DNA of 64,000 nucleotides, taken from assembly GCA_951406725.2 (NCBI GenBank), contig OX597835.1:7440001-7504000 (forward strand), written 5' to 3'. Shown here in pieces: positions 1-13,877 of this stretch. Origin of the DNA: Octopus vulgaris (lineage: Eukaryota). The position numbers were made by a program, and so were the translations under genes. The number at the start of each line of letters is the position of its first letter. The stretch's first letter is position 1. Below the pieces are notes generated by a model that was not told where the DNA came from, made no database searches, and saw nothing but the letters and a program-made list of their open reading frames with translations.

Positions 1-413
1 ATAAATTTACAAATGACTTCATTACATATCAAGCTGTCTCCGGTTTTAATATGTTATTTTAAATATCCTATTACTTTTCCGGCTGTTTGGCTTCAAGTGA
101 CCTTTATGAACTCCACTGTCCATCATTAAGTACTTCACTGCTGCCTCAGTTTCTTTCGCATAATTTTAAAAATCTATTTTTGCTTTAGCGTTAAATTTTC
201 ATATCTCACATTATACCTTTCCATCTTCTCACACCTAGATACACACTAATACATCTACATACCCCTATTATCCCAACGTTAAACGTTGGCTGGTCTTTCC
301 TTACCCAATCAAGGGATGTGTTTATTGCAAAAGATTTTCACTGAAAGTACTGCTAAAATGCACTATCTTCTTTAAGCAGAACTTTCTAGTATAAACCAAG
401 ATTTTGCTTTAGA

Positions 414-754
414 TTAATGTTTCTTAACGGGTCTTAGGATCCATATAAGGTTTTTGGGGCCCACACAACAAAATAGAAAATCGGGGATCGACAATAGTAT
501 TTTAAGGGCCCCTGAAAATATTTGGCTTTAGATGTATGTATTGGAATGTATTGCAAGAAACAGCTAGGCTTGTTTATTCTCAAACATATTACATAGTTCA
601 ACCTACACAAGTTAATGTGTGAAAAAACAAAGGAATATTAAAAGAACTACAAAATTAGTTTTTGAACATTGAATCGCTATGGGAATCCACCAGAAGGAAA
701 TAGTAATCAAAGAAATTCATAGAAAAAAAAGAGAAAGAACGGTTGAGACCACCT
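414..754. mobile_element. Degenerate hAT/Charlie-like MITE
   Basis: Ends ttaatgtttcttaac ... ggttgagaccacct resemble Charlie-type TIRs; flanked by near-identical 8-mers gctttaga/actttaga. Related remnants near 2268-2536 and 52550. Confidence 0.4.
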
Positions 755-1765
755 ACTTTAGATCCTTGGCGTTACATGATTATAATCTGAGTTTTCATAC
801 TTTTGCGATCCTTTCAATTCACATGCAGACGACAGCTCTGACTTGTTATCGAGATCCATCAGCGAATCTTTCGCGTTTTCAATTTCTTCAGTTTCTGCTC
901 GAATTGAATGCATAATCAGCATAATGATGTAGTTTTATATGCTAATCAATGGCATGTAATTAATTTCCGCCATGAATCAATAAATAAAGAGTTATCAGCT
1001 TTTAAAGTTTGCAAATTTTGGTTAGTTTAAGGCAATCGTAAGCCATATACAAATGTAAGCCTGTTTACATAGTAACAAGACAAATATGCTTGTGCCCATT
1101 AGTTGAGTGTACTCCTGTCGAGAGATGTGCTAAAAATAACAGCCAAATAGGCCTTAAATCACGCAATCCTACAATTTCTTTTGTTTATTTTTGCATAATC
1201 GTGTGAATTTCCGACTGCAGAATACAAATTCACAAAAATTTTCGGAAAATTTCAAAGAATTAAAAAATTATGAGGGATTATATGTCGTGCGTAAAGCAGA
1301 AGTTAATTGATTTACAGTTTGATGTTAAAACGCGTCACGCACAAAACGACAACTTCCAAATCCTGTTTTCTGACCGGACGAAAATAATCAAACTTTAAAC
1401 CTCTGTAACTTAAAATAAAAAAAAAAATTCCGGAAAAAGTGAAATATCTGCTGAGATTCCTCTCGGAAAACTGCGTCAATGCACCAAATTTTAAAATTTT
1501 CAATAAACTTTGAAATTTTCACAGATGCAGCAAAACACAAAAATCTCGATCCGCTTATCTTACACTAGCAGTAATGCAAAGCTCGGATAAAATGCCGTTA
1601 AGCGCTTGGCTCGCCGTGCTAACGTTTTTACGAGCTTGCAGTCTTGATATAATAAAATATTGGCTTCTAAATTTTTGGCACAACGCCAGCAAGCCCGGGG
1701 AACAGGTACGTCGAATACCAGCTGCCAGCTACCGCCCTTTGGTATATTAAAAATTTGAAAATATT

Positions 1766-2143
1766 TATTTCTTTATTGTCCACAAGGGGCTAAACATAGA
1801 GTGGACAAACAAGGACAGCCGAAGGAATTAAGTCGATTAGATCGGTCACAGTGCGTAACTGGTACTTATTTAATCGATTCCGAAAGGATGAAAGGCAAAG
1901 TCGACCTCGGCGGATTTGAACTCAGAACGTAAAGACAGACGAAATATTTCGCTAAATATTTCGCTCAGGGTGCTAAATTATCTTATTCCTTTATTGCCCA
2001 CAATGGGCTACACGCAGAAAGGACAAACAAGGACAAACAAAGGGATTAAGTTGATTACAGCAACCTCAGTGCGTAACTGGTAGTTAATTTCTCGACCCCG
2101 AAAGGATGAAAGGCAAAGTTGACCTCGGCAGAATTTGAACTCA
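1766..2143 (-). mobile_element. SINE family C (tRNA head, Meta-like domain), two degenerate tandem units
   Basis: Repeats ccgaaaggatgaaaggcaaagtcgacctcggcgga(a)tttgaactcagaa, the reverse complement of the B box and central domain. Confidence 0.8.
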
Positions 2144-2258
2144 GAAGAAGAAGAAAAGGAAGAAGAAAAAGAAGAAGGAGGAGAAGAAGAAGAAGAAGAA
2201 GAAGAAGAAGAAGAAGAAGAAGAAGAAGAAGAAGAAGAAGAAGAAGAAGAAGAAGAAG
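2143..2258. repeat. (AAG)n microsatellite
   Basis: Direct reading; source of the poly-R/poly-L ORFs. Confidence 0.97.
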
Positions 2259-2651
2259 ATACTTAAGATCTTTTGGTGGTCCACGTAAGAGAATTATTAA
2301 AATTATTTTAAGGATCCATGAAAAATTTTTGGGTAAAAGCTGGGTTTCTTCCTCTAACATTTTATGTAGTTCCACCTACAGAACAATATATGTGCGATAA
2401 AGAAAATAGGACCTTTGAAAGAAGTATCTATCAAACTAGTTTCTAAACACCGAATGGTTAGGGGGAGGGGGAGGGAACCTGAATAAAATGATAATCAGAA
2501 GAATCCACAGGTGAAAAATGGTTGTGAAACACTCTTCTAGAATGTCTTGGAAACTTCAGGCCCAGGAGATAATAAAAATTCTTTGATCTGCTGTCAAAGA
2601 AATACCTAGGTTGACGTGGGATTTCAATTGGTTGGAATTCTGACGCAAAAG

Positions 2652-3005
2652 CTGTAGCAGCAGCAGCATTATTATTATTATTATTATTATTATTACTAGT
2701 AGTAGTAGTAGTAGTATGTGATTACGTGATTAGTGAGGTAGGCATTGCAAGCATGTTGGTAGTATACACAGACTTTCCATTATTGTATCGGATGTTAATG
2801 ATGATGATGATGATGACGGTGGAGGTGGTGTTGTTGTTGCTGGTGGTGGTGGTGGTGGTGGTGGCAATGAGGATGACCATTGTTGTGGTGGTGATGATGG
2901 TGGTAGTGGTGGTGACGGCGGCGGCGGCAGCGGCAGTGGTGGCGGCAGCGGTGGTGGCGGTGGCGGTGGCGATGATGTTGGCGATGATGGTGGCGGCGTT
3001 GGCGA
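2652..3005. repeat. Compound trinucleotide repeat (ATT/AGT/GAT/GGT/GGC)
   Basis: Direct reading; source of four low-complexity ORFs. Confidence 0.9.
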
Positions 3006-3541
3006 TTCTCTGCACGTAGTAGATTCAGTCGATGGTGTTGTTGATAAGACGTTTGTAACGCTGGCCAGAGGGTGATCAACCCCGGGCTGAAACAATGCCG
3101 AAATAGTTCCAGAATGCTGTGTTCAAAAGTCTTACTTTAAAATCAATTACCTTTAATCAAACACCGTTTAAATTGATCAGCTAAAAGTACCTTAACGAAT
3201 TAAACGCCATGTTGCAAGTGGCAAATTGCTTGAAATAACTATCGATTTTTTTTCTATAGGTTATCTACATGTCTGTTTTATTTATCTGAAAGTGGGATAA
3301 TGGTTGGTTAGTTTGTTGTTGTTTTGTATTTTGTTTCGTTTAGTTTCGTTTTTCTTTTCTATTTTTGTTTTTTTTTAGTTCATTTGACACCGTAACTGGC
3401 CTCCGAATAATAAGTGTGGTTTATTCCACTTTATTTCCAGCAAATATTTAAAAAGAAAACGCAATGCACTTTGGAAGTAAACTGAACTGAAAATTTGTAG
3501 CAGTAGCAACAGCAGCAGCAGTAGTAGTAGTAGTCGTAGTC

Positions 3542-3574
<33 letters not shown>

Positions 3575-3819
3575 TCGGTGGTGGTGGTGGTGATGGTGGT
3601 GCTTCTTTTCATTGGAAACAGATTACAAATTTGTAAAACATTAGCAAAAACAAGACTTGAACGACCAAGTACATGGTAGATATGTTTATTTTATCGATGA
3701 ATAGCAAATTAAACTTTGATTAGATTTGAACTTGGTTCTTTTTAAAGATGTAAATAAATTGTAGAATGAATAACGTTTGTTTCTTAAAGCTTTGTGGGTA
3801 GAAAAGCCCTCAGATGGCC

Positions 3820-4320
3820 GTTACTGCCAAACAAGGACAGAAAAACGGATTAAGTCGATTATATCGACCCCAGTGCGTAACTAGTAGTTATTTAATCGAC
3901 TCCGAAAGGATGAAAGGCAAAGTTGACCTCGCCGGAATTTGAACTCAGAAAGTAGCGGCAGAGGAAATACCTATTTCTTTACTGCCCACAAGGCGCTAGA
4001 CACAGAGGGGACAAACAAGGACAGACAAACGGATTAAGTCGATTATATCGACCCCAGTGCGTAACTAGTAGTTATTTAATCGACTCCGAAAGGATGAAAG
4101 GCAAAGTTGACCTCGCCGGAATTTGAACTCAGAAAGTAGCGGCAGAGGAAATACCTATTTCTTTACTGCCCACAAGGCGCTAGACACAGAGGGGACAAAC
4201 AAGGACAGACAAACGGATTAAGTCGATTATATCGACCCCAGTGCGTAACTAGTAGTTATTTAATCGACTCCGAAAGGATGAAAGGCAAAGTTGACCTCGC
4301 CGGAATTTGAACTCAGAAAG
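3820..4320 (-). repeat. SINE C body as about 2.7 near-identical tandem 184-bp units
   Basis: acggattaagtcg recurs at 3845, 4029 and 4213; units share private variants. Confidence 0.93.
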
Positions 4321-4600
4321 TTCGTAGCCGCTTTGAAACGTTGATATTTTAGGGTAATGCTTCTGTAAGACACTATTTTTCTGGTTGTAACAACCAGTGT
4401 CTCAAGAAACAGAGCTAAATCTGCCCTCTCCCTTCGTCTTTCCTAAATTTGCCTACATTCGACAATTAGGAGTCTTTAACCTTGGGGCCAATAATGAGGG
4501 CCGAGGGATCATCATCATCATCATCATCATTATCATCATAATTATTATGATTATTATGATTATTATCCTCATCAACATCATCATCATCAGCAGCAGCAAG

Positions 4601-4697
<97 letters not shown>

Positions 4698-4711
4698 GTT
4701 ATTATTATTGA

Positions 4712-4930
4712 GGCGACAAGCTGGTAGACTCGTTAGCACGCCGGGTGAAATGTTTAAGAGATATTTCGTCTGTCGTTATGTCCTGAGATCAGGTTCCGCC
4801 GAGGCCGATTTTACCTTTCATCTTTTCGGGGTCAATAAAATAAGTACCAGTTGAACACTGGGATCGATGGAATCGACTCCTCCCTTCTCCCAAAACTGCA
4901 GCGCTTGTGGCAAAATTTAAAGCCATATTT
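4712..4930 (+). mobile_element. SINE family C, degenerate, within (ATT)n
   Basis: ggcgacaagctggtagactcgttagcacgccgg head; cctttcatcttttcggggtcaataaaataagtaccag domain. Confidence 0.8.
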
Positions 4931-4935
4931 ATTAC

Positions 4936-4972
<37 letters not shown>

Positions 4973-5433
4973 GAGTGAGAGAGCAGTTCATGCCATCAAA
5001 GTGACACTGGGGTAAAATATACGAAGCCCAGCATACCCATCATGACTACCCGTCTGATAAGGGTACACCAGGCACATGCATCACAACCATTTGTGCGCGA
5101 CATGGTGATCTCATATCAAGACAAACAGCACATGACCTTGCAGGTGGGGCCCAGTTAGAATTTTCTTCAGGTTGAGTAGCCCATCCTGCTCAAAAGGTCC
5201 CTGAATAAGGGTTGTTTAGGGATGTTGAAAGAACCACCCATGTTTCCAGATGTGAATTATTCAAACCCCAAACAATCCCTCTCAACACATGGCTATGATG
5301 CTCCCCCACTATTTCTGCTCGTGATCAGAGATGCACATATCGTCAGCCGCTAAGGGACATGCTCAACTGGTTAAGGTCAAACAACTGACAAGCAAATCTG
5401 TGGTATTGAGCAGAATATTTGCTGTAGCCCATC

Positions 5434-5437
<4 letters not shown>
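4973..5437 (-). mobile_element. About 465-bp non-coding element embedded in (TAA)n, probable retroposon 3' part
   Basis: Complex island sharply bounded by (ATT)n on both sides; on the minus strand it ends ctctctcactc-(aat)n. Confidence 0.55.
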
Positions 5438-5489
<52 letters not shown>

Positions 5490-6497
5490 TTTTTTTTTTT
5501 TTTTAATTATTATTTTATTATTATTATTATTATCATTATTATTATTATTATCATTATTATTATTATTATCATTATTATTATTATTGTTCTTGTCGTTGTT
5601 TTTGTTTTTGTTGTTATAATTAATATTGATAATAATAATATGATGATGGTGATGACATTTATCGTTTCTTTTTATTTGTTTTATTATGGTTCCTAAGAGA
5701 AAACTAGAACGCCGCAACAACGATGACAACGATGACGACGGATATGACAATGCACAGAACAATATTCCTAACATCTAAAGCCAACTGGGGCGGCGAGGAC
5801 TGAACTAGAAACACACAAACGCTCCTACACACATTCGCACACCTTTCCTCCCTGACACACACACACACACACTAAATCATCATAAAGTCTTTGTCTACAG
5901 CAATAGAAAAGTCATTTAAAAATTTTCTCTTCAAGTCACTTAAGCAATACAATTAGTTTCTCTTTTTTTATTTCTTAAGTATTCTTCTTCTTCTTCTTCT
6001 TCTTCTTCTTCTTCTTCCTTTCTTCTTACTCCATTTTTTCCAATATTTTATGTTAAAGTAATGTATTTTTACATTGCTTTTATTTCATACTATGTATACA
6101 TTTCTTATAAAATTAATGGTGTTTTTTTTTAAAGCTTTTTTTGTTACGTCTCTTTCCAGGTGTGGATGTGAAGTTGACGCTGTCGTTAGCAACGTTCAGA
6201 AAATGTTGTTTATTTTGTTCTTCTTTCTTTGTGTGTGAATGATTTTTGCTTCTTCTGATTGTCATTTCATAATACGTTCTTCACAGTTTGATTAAATTGT
6301 TATCGAAAATGTATTTCCTCTCTTCATTAATTATTGGGTTAATTCTTGTTGTGTGATTCTTAACAAAATTATTCGATTCTGTTATTAGTTTTACCTTGTT
6401 CTTGTTCATGGTTTTGGTGTTGATCGAGAATTAAATATTGTCTTCTAAAAGACATTTCATATACATGTGTTTCAAAATTCTGTATGCGCGTGTGACC

Positions 6498-6498
<1 letters not shown>

Positions 6499-6540
<42 letters not shown>

Positions 6541-6564
6541 ACATATATATATCCACATACACGT

Positions 6565-6636
<72 letters not shown>

Positions 6637-6638
6637 TA

Positions 6639-6673
<35 letters not shown>

Positions 6674-6947
6674 TACATATATGAATATATTTATATGCAC
6701 AATATATGTACGTACACATACAACACACATACACACACACACGCATATATATACATATAAGTATATATATATGTAAATGCAGATATATATGCAGACATAA
6801 GTGTATGTATATAAGTATATACATAAGTATATATGCATATATATGCATATTTGAATATTAAATGCCTATACATATATATGCATACACGAATATACACACA
6901 TACACACACACATATATATATATATTATACATATATACATATGTATA

Positions 6948-6986
<39 letters not shown>

Positions 6987-7026
6987 ATATATAGAGAGAG
7001 AGAAAGAGAGTGTATGCATATTTATG

Positions 7027-7071
<45 letters not shown>

Positions 7072-7215
7072 AAAAACACATATGTATATATAGAGAGAGA
7101 AAGAGAGAGTAAATGCATTCAAATAAATATAAATATATTACGTATGATTGTATACAAGTGTATCCACGCGCGTGCGTATGCGTATGTGTGTGTGCACGTC
7201 TTTGTATTTGTGTAT
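6499..7215. repeat. (TA)n/(CA)n/(TATG)n compound microsatellite
   Basis: Direct reading. Confidence 0.95.
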
Positions 7216-7790
7216 ATGCGCATGCGTACACGAAATCCAAACACAAAGACTGAACTAATTAAATCTCCATATACTATTCAGAAATTCAAATAATCAATTT
7301 TAATAAAACACAATAATAAATGAACACTTTTGTTCTTTCGTCTTCTTGTGAAACTTGTCGTCTGCCAGAGATATTAACAAAACGAGAGAAACTTTCGTTG
7401 AGGATTGCTTCCATTCCATTCCATTATTGTCGTTTAATGCAGAAATCGCTGACAAAGTTATTATGACATCTGAATGAAAAATAAAACTTTATGGTATTTT
7501 ATTTTTCGAAATCTTTAATTTCCGAATTCAAATTTTCACAAGGTTAATGTGATTCAGACAGAATCAAAGTGACACAAGGTGTAAGAAGCAAGAAGCCTGT
7601 TGCTTTTGAATAACAGTCACAATGATTCTAACCAACCGATGGCCTCTATACAATTTCCAGCTACCCAGTTTTCCTTTCAAACTGTGGCTCCACCCGACTG
7701 TAAATAGAATGACGTTTACCCAAGATTCCACACACAATGGAACCGAACTCGAGACGTGATGGTAAAGCGGATTTTTTACCTTTTCTTTTT

Positions 7791-8178
7791 TTCTTTTACT
7801 CATTTCACTCATTACAGTGTGGCCATTCTGGGGCACCACTGTGAGCAATTTTGGCTGAACGAATCGACCCCAGTCCTTTTCTCTTTGTTTTTAAGCGTTT
7901 TGCCGAACTGCAAGATCAGGGGAATTAAACAGACCAACACCGGAAAACAAACAGCGATATGAACACAAACACACACACGCACACACACAAATAAACATAT
8001 ACACACACACGCGCGTATATATACGGCGATCTTTCAGTTTCCGTCTACTAAATTTACATACAAGGCATTCGGTCGACCCAGGGCGATAAAAGAAGACACC
8101 TGACCAAGTTGCCATGCAGTAGGACTGAACCCGGAGCCATTTGGTTGGGAAGCAAACTTATTACAAGGCTACACCTGT
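7791..8178 (-). mobile_element. SINE family B, degenerate
   Basis: Matches the 51318-51740 copy, including the internal (CA)n. Confidence 0.8.
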
Positions 8179-8446
8179 ATTAATCATTCATCTCCGTTGC
8201 ACCTACAATCTGGCTTTCAACGAATGCAAGCAAATAGGTCTTGTATCAGAGAAAGGAACTTTATGTTATTTATAAATTTCCTGTTCCCAGAAACCTTATT
8301 CTTTTAAGGCTAAATTAATAAATATACATGAAATTAAATAAATGACAAACAGCAAATTATGAAATGAAATCCATTAACTCACAGTTGTTTCTGCCATAAG
8401 GTGCAATACACTCAGCTCTGAGAACATGCGCTTCACCCTACGTATT

Positions 8447-9077
8447 TACGACGGGGTACTGAAAAGTTCCTGGCTTTGGGTAAAAGAAATTATATAGGAG
8501 GATCAGTTACTCCTTTACTCTTTTCCTTGTTTCAGTCATTTGACTGCGGCCATGCTGGAGCACCACATTTAGTTGCGCCAATCGACCCCAGAACTTATTC
8601 TTTGTAAGCCTGGTACTTATTCTATTGGTCTCTTTTGGCGAACTGCTAAGTTACGGGGACGTAAACACACCAGCATCGGTTGTCAAGCGACGTTAGGGAG
8701 ACAAAGACACACAAACACACACACATGTATATACATATACATATATACGACGGGCTTCTTTCAGTTTCCGTCTACCAAATCTACTCACAAGGTTTTGGTC
8801 GGCCCGCGGCTATAGTAGAAGACACTTGCCCAAGGTGCTACGCAGTGGGACTGAACCCGGAAACATGTGGCTGGTAAGCAACCTACTTACCACACAGCCA
8901 CTCCTGCGCCTACAATTAATTAGGATTTTATTAACTGTATCCTCCTCTCGGATTCACACACTTATTGCAGCGATCTTTCAGTTTTTCTAAGCCCTATAAA
9001 AGAACTCGGAATTTTGGGCCTCCAACCAGACCTTTCGCAATACCCTTAAAGCAGAGAACTTTTCAGCATCACTCCTA
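8447..9077 (-). mobile_element. Internally deleted mariner element with both TIRs and a transposase C-terminal remnant, interrupted by SINE B
   Basis: TIRs tacgacggggtactgaaaagttcctggcttt and (rc) taggagtgatgctgaaaagttctctgcttt; minus strand 8920-9030 reads WLEAQNSEFF/GLEKLKDRCNKCVNPRGGY across a frameshift, like a mariner C-terminus. Confidence 0.75.
8508..8910 (-). mobile_element. SINE family B, full length
   Basis: ggcgcaggagtggctgtgtggtaag head, ggttcagtccc B-box-like motif, CORE-like ccttgggcaagtgtctt, internal microsatellite, gctccagcatggccgcagtc tail. Confidence 0.92.
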
Positions 9078-9086
9078 TATATGTAT

Positions 9087-9146
<60 letters not shown>

Positions 9147-9571
9147 ACCTGAGGGTGGAAGGGCATTGACTATTCTCCCTGCAAACCTAAATTCCAGAAG
9201 TTGTGAGATTGATACAATGAATTCCTAGTTTGATATGTTAAGTCACTGCAGGAAATCACGACCAACCGATCATGAGCCGAATACCCTAACCAGTAAGCCA
9301 CGCGCTGTAAATAAGTATTCCCTAATCAAGGCACATTAATATGTAGGACGCCCGAAAGTGGCTTGGTACAAACACAGAGCTCACAGTGACATAAAACATT
9401 ATAAATTCGAGGGTTGGTAGAGTACCGTAGATATGCAAATGCCAAATCCACTTTGTAGCCATCGATCCGACTCGCTACTGGGGCCTTGATGTGGTATAGA
9501 AAAATAAATACGAATGCCATTTAAAACGTACGACACTTGTTTCGGCTGTATTTCATTTAATGTAGTCGTAA

Positions 9572-9907
9572 AAGATTAAAAGGTAAAGAACCCCTTCGGT
9601 CATGAATGACCATGGGATTGCACCTAGAAAGATACCCTCCTAGACACAAGTCCGGGCAAGGTTGTTTATGGAAGACCAGCAGTCGCCCATGCATACCAGC
9701 CTCCCCTCTCCACGCCACCAGTATTATCCAAGGGAAAGACAAAGGTCGATACAGCTTGGCACCAGTAACATCGCAACTCATTTCTACAGGTGAGTGAACT
9801 GGCGCAACGTGAAATAAAGTGCCTTGCTCAAGAACACAACACGCAGCCCGGTCTGGGATTCGAGCTCACAACCTCACGATCGTAAGCTCGACGCTCTAAC
9901 CACTAAG
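9572..9907 (-). mobile_element. tRNA/CORE-like SINE (head A2) with a distinct tail 3
   Basis: rc cttagtggttagagcg...gtgttcttgagcaaggcactttatttcacgttgc matches the 55858 head; the tail ...cccatggtcattcatgaccgaagggg differs. Confidence 0.8.
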
Positions 9908-10010
9908 ATTACATCGTTATATATAATCCATCGGCATGAGGTAAAATTTTAAACACGCTGCCCATAAAACGTTGGCTATGTCCAGGTCGACATTAGAATC
10001 TTACCTTTTA

Positions 10011-10103
10011 GAAATTGCACCTGATGATGGTGGATTCTATGTTATGGTATAATCTTTTGCGATATATTAACTAAAATTTTACTGAAACAGATGCCGAAAA
10101 TTT
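10011..10103 (+). ncRNA. Degenerate hammerhead-like motif
   Basis: CTGATGA (10021), imperfect long helix II, GAAAC agat GCC; helix I weak; followed by (TG)n(TA)n. Confidence 0.35.
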
Positions 10104-10147
10104 TGAACACCATTCGTATGTACTGTTTATCTGTGTGTGTGTGTGTG

Positions 10148-10457
<310 letters not shown>

Positions 10458-11039
10458 TATATATACTCATATACAAGGAAAATGGGAGAGAACATAACTT
10501 TAGTTTGGTGCATAAGCACCTATTTTGATTCATATAACTTTTCTGAAAACTTCATTTTTAATGAAATTTTGCTGAGTTAAGTTTTCGGTAGAGCAGACAG
10601 CGATTATGCTGATAAAATTTAGAAAAATAATATCGTAAATTTTATTGCACATACACAATGAGAAATTTGCTTCATTTAATTTCATTTTCAAACAAATATT
10701 TTTCTATGGAAAATCAGCATTCGTTCCATCATTATGTATAAGCAGCAAGAAATATAATAAAATTAAATTATAATTATGATCTACGTATGGCATACTTATT
10801 GATATTACCAATGCTGACAAAAGTGTACTTCCAATGTTAACCAGCCGTATGATGATGAAGATGATGACAATGATGAAAGGAATGAATATATATGTGTGTA
10901 TGTGTTATCTTTAACCCGTTTAAATCCTTGGACTTCGGCCATTTAAGAGTACCACCTTGAGGGATTTTAGTGGAACAAATCTATACCCAGGACTTACTTT
11001 TGAAACCAACACTTACTCCATCCAATTAGTTATTATTTA

Positions 11040-11348
11040 ACCGAACCCAAAAGGATGAAAGCGAAGTCTACCTCGGCGAAATTTGAACTCAGAACGTAAC
11101 GGCAGACGAAATACCTATTTCTTTATTACCCACAAGGGGCTAAACACAGAGAGGGACAAACAAGGACAGACAAACGGATTAAGTCGATTACATCGACCCC
11201 AGTGCGTAACTGGTACTTAATTTATCGACCCCGAAAGGATGAAAAGCAAAGTCGACCTCGGCGGAATTTGAACCCAGAACGTAACGGCAGACGAAATATC
11301 GCTAGGCTTTTCGTCCGGCGTGCTTACGATTCTGCCAGCTCACCGCCC
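11040..11348 (-). mobile_element. SINE family C, head plus about 1.5 units
   Basis: rc gggcggtgagctggcagaatcgtaagcacgccgg head and repeated body. Confidence 0.88.
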
Positions 11349-11367
11349 TATGTCTATATATTATTGA

Positions 11368-11759
11368 TGTGGAGGCGCAATGGCCCAGTGGTTAGGGCAA
11401 CGGACTCGCGGTCATAGGATCGCGGTTTCGATTCCCAGACCGGGCGTTGTGAGTGTTTATTGAGCGAAAACACCTAAAAGCTCCACGAGGCTCCGGCAGG
11501 GGATGGTGGTGATCCCTGCTGTACTCCTTCACCACAACTCTCTCTCTCTCACTCTTACTTCCTGTTTCTGTTGTACCTGTATTTCAAAGGACCGGCCTTG
11601 TCACTCTCTGTGTCACGCTGAATATCCCCGAGAACTACGTTAAGGGTGCACGTGTCTGTGGAGTGCTCAGACACTTACACGTTAATTTCACGAGCAGGCT
11701 GTTCCGTTGATTCGGATCAACCGGAACCCTCATCGTCGTAACCGACGGAGTGCTTCCCC
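11368..11759 (+). mobile_element. tRNA-derived SINE family A (head A1 + tail 1), young
   Basis: A box tggcccagtgg, B box ggtttcgattcc; TSD atatattattga. Confidence 0.95.
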
Positions 11760-11944
11760 ATATATTATTGAGTCTTATCGTCTGCCGTTGAGTTCTGAGT
11801 TCAAATTTCGCCGAGGGAGAGTCTTATTATGCTGTTTCTGATCCCTTACTTTCAATCAATAGATGATATGTATATTTTCCCACATACATTCCATATGTAA
11901 GATGGTATCATTTTTTCAGTGGTCTTTGTAGTGATCACCTTAAT

Positions 11945-12334
11945 GTGGATGGAAGCACTCCGTCGGTTACGACGATGAGGGTTCCGGTTGATCCGAATCA
12001 ACGGAACAGCCTGCTCGTGAAATTAACGTGTAAGTGGCTGAGCACTCCACAGACACGTGCACACTTAACGTAGTTCTCGGGGATATTCAGCGTGACACAG
12101 AGAGTGACAAGGCCGGCCCTTTGAAATACAGGTACAACAGAAACAGGAAGTAAGAGTGAGAGAAAGTTGTGGTGAAAGAGTACAGCAGGAATCACCACCA
12201 TCCCCTGCCGGAGACTCGTGGAGCTTTTAGGTGTTTTCGCTCAATAAACACTCACAACGCCCGGTCTGGGAATCGAAACCGCGATCCTATGACCGCGAGT
12301 CCGTGGCCCTAACCACTGGGTCATTGCGCCTCCA
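11945..12334 (-). mobile_element. SINE family A
   Basis: Near-identical inverted copy; TSD gatcaccttaat. Confidence 0.95.
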
Positions 12335-13289
12335 GATCACCTTAATAGTTATATATAAAGATGAGGTATTTGGTTAATTCTACATAATAGGAATCTTCTC
12401 TTTAATGTTTAAACTGATCTATATATGCCTCTTATCTAACCTGTTGCTGATATCTTCTTCTAAATTCTTTTTTTTAAAATTTTACGTTTATTTTTTATAC
12501 ACCGTAATAATGCACGGTTTTTACCGCACCCTGATAATAAACAACTTTCCTCTGAGTCCTTAATATTTTCCGATATTTCATTATAACGTTAGTTTCATAG
12601 TAACTGAAAATAACGACAAGAGTTGATGTCACCCCAACCCTACCTCGTTATGGACATTTATTACTATCTAATTGACTCCTTCTAACGTTTGTTACTTTTT
12701 GTGGCGAGGGGTCCTTATGACAATAGGAAAATAAGGAATAAAAGAAACATCTAGTAACATTGTTTTATGACCAGCAGCCAGCTCCTAGCTGTCAACTTAC
12801 AATGTTCTTTAGTCTCAATAAACTCAGTATTTTAGCATTAGATCTTTTGTTGGTGATAAATTAGAAATTAATTACAATTCCATGTGTTCCATACCACTCC
12901 GAAATTGTAGTTGTTCTTCTCTTAGCTTATTCTTCCTGCAATAATGGCAACATAATTTTTTTTTCATTCTCTAGCTCTGATAAAATGTTTGAGGAAAATT
13001 ATATCAATATACATTGTGTGTCGAAAATCCGTATTTCTTGCAACTGTAGATGGCATTCTATTTAAATTGATGTACTCTTTGCATTGTTCAATTAAATGAA
13101 GCTCCTTGAAACGGCCGTATTGCACTAAAACTTGACATCCTTTATGCTTCAGGCGCAAAGGCCTCTAAAACTATTTGCATTCTCAGAAGCTATTTTTAAC
13201 TTATTCGGTTTTGCAATGCTTCGATCGAACTACAACGCTCTCACACACTAACACACACGCGCGCGCGCGCGCACGCACACACAAACACA

Positions 13290-13325
<36 letters not shown>

Positions 13326-13647
13326 ATCCCCCCACACACACGCAAACACACACACACACACAAACACACACACATGTATGTCTGGCGGTAATTTCCCTTT
13401 GTTTAACGGTCATTTTCATAGCATCTTTTTAATGCCTTGATAACTGACAAGATGCCGGAGCAGATTTCCACTCCCACATCCGAAACTCGGAGTTTTATAA
13501 TGGCAACCGAATAATTGTCACATATTACATTACAGATAAATTCCTCTATTTACATAATATCGAGGCCTCTTCCATTCTTTTGTTGCCATACCATTACTAT
13601 CAATATGTGTGTGTGTGTATGTGTGTGTGTGTGCATGTGTGTGTGCA

Positions 13648-13678
<31 letters not shown>

Positions 13679-13877
13679 ATGTATGTATGGCTATATGAGT
13701 TAGAGGTTAAATAATCATTTAAAGGATAATAAGTATCCAATATTTTAGTAGCGTAATTGAACAATAGGTATGAGTGGGGGAGTAAAGCAGAAATTTAACC
13801 AGAATTTGTAAGGCAAACAAGTCAATGGACAGGATAATTAATCGACAAATATCAGTCTGTAAACATTCATTTGGATC

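Noticed and set aside
2055-3095. Poly-R/L/H/P/T ORFs
   Set aside because: Translations of trinucleotide microsatellites.
6135-6210. Strong splice-acceptor-like ctctttccag|gtg
   Set aside because: No matching donor or recognisable coding frame; cannot be supported without RNA data.
11371-11445. SINE heads as genuine tRNA genes
   Set aside because: No proper acceptor stem; each continues into a SINE body, usually with TSDs.
11998-12201. Recurrent ORF MVVIPAVLFHHNFL... (also 25766, 49794)
   Set aside because: Incidental frame inside SINE A; recurrence reflects SINE copy number.
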